NCBI RefSeq assembly: GCF_036321535.1
Contig: NC_087436.1
Span: 51,648,001-51,712,000 of the forward strand
Direction: 5' to 3'
DNA length: 64,000 bases
Source of the DNA: Camelus dromedarius
Taxonomy: Eukaryota
The notes beneath the pieces are model-generated. The model saw only the letters and a program-made list of their open reading frames with translations. It did no database searches and was not told the DNA's origin. This document shows positions 63,969 to 64,000 of the stretch, in pieces (within the stretch, counting starts at the first letter, position 1; each line of letters opens with the position of its first letter). The translations under genes and the position numbers were made by a program.

Positions 63969-64000
63969 CTTAACATGAGAATATAAAATTGTCACTTTCT

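Overview
AT-rich, repeat-dense mammalian DNA. It is most likely camelid, because of a vic-1-type tRNA-derived SINE at 23.5 kb and artiodactyl-type young L1 3' ends. A large part of the window is decayed transposable elements: nested L1s (including a ~6 kb near-full-length L1MC-type copy inside an older L1 at 46.9-58.6 kb), L2, MIR, MaLR/ERVL LTRs, and MER20/MER2/MER104/MARNA DNA transposons. The only gene-like structure I can support is the 3' end of an unidentified minus-strand gene at the right edge: a 109-nt exon (63860-63968), a probable last exon starting at 62466 with stop at 62436, and AATAAA at 61732. The ORF track misses this gene, and its ORFs are L1 remnants or chance ORFs. The rest looks intergenic, with some candidate enhancer/CTCF sites and orphan splice signals. 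I found no convincing new biological system; the findings are modest leads. Repeat family names come from recalled consensus sequences, not a database search, and old-repeat boundaries are approximate.
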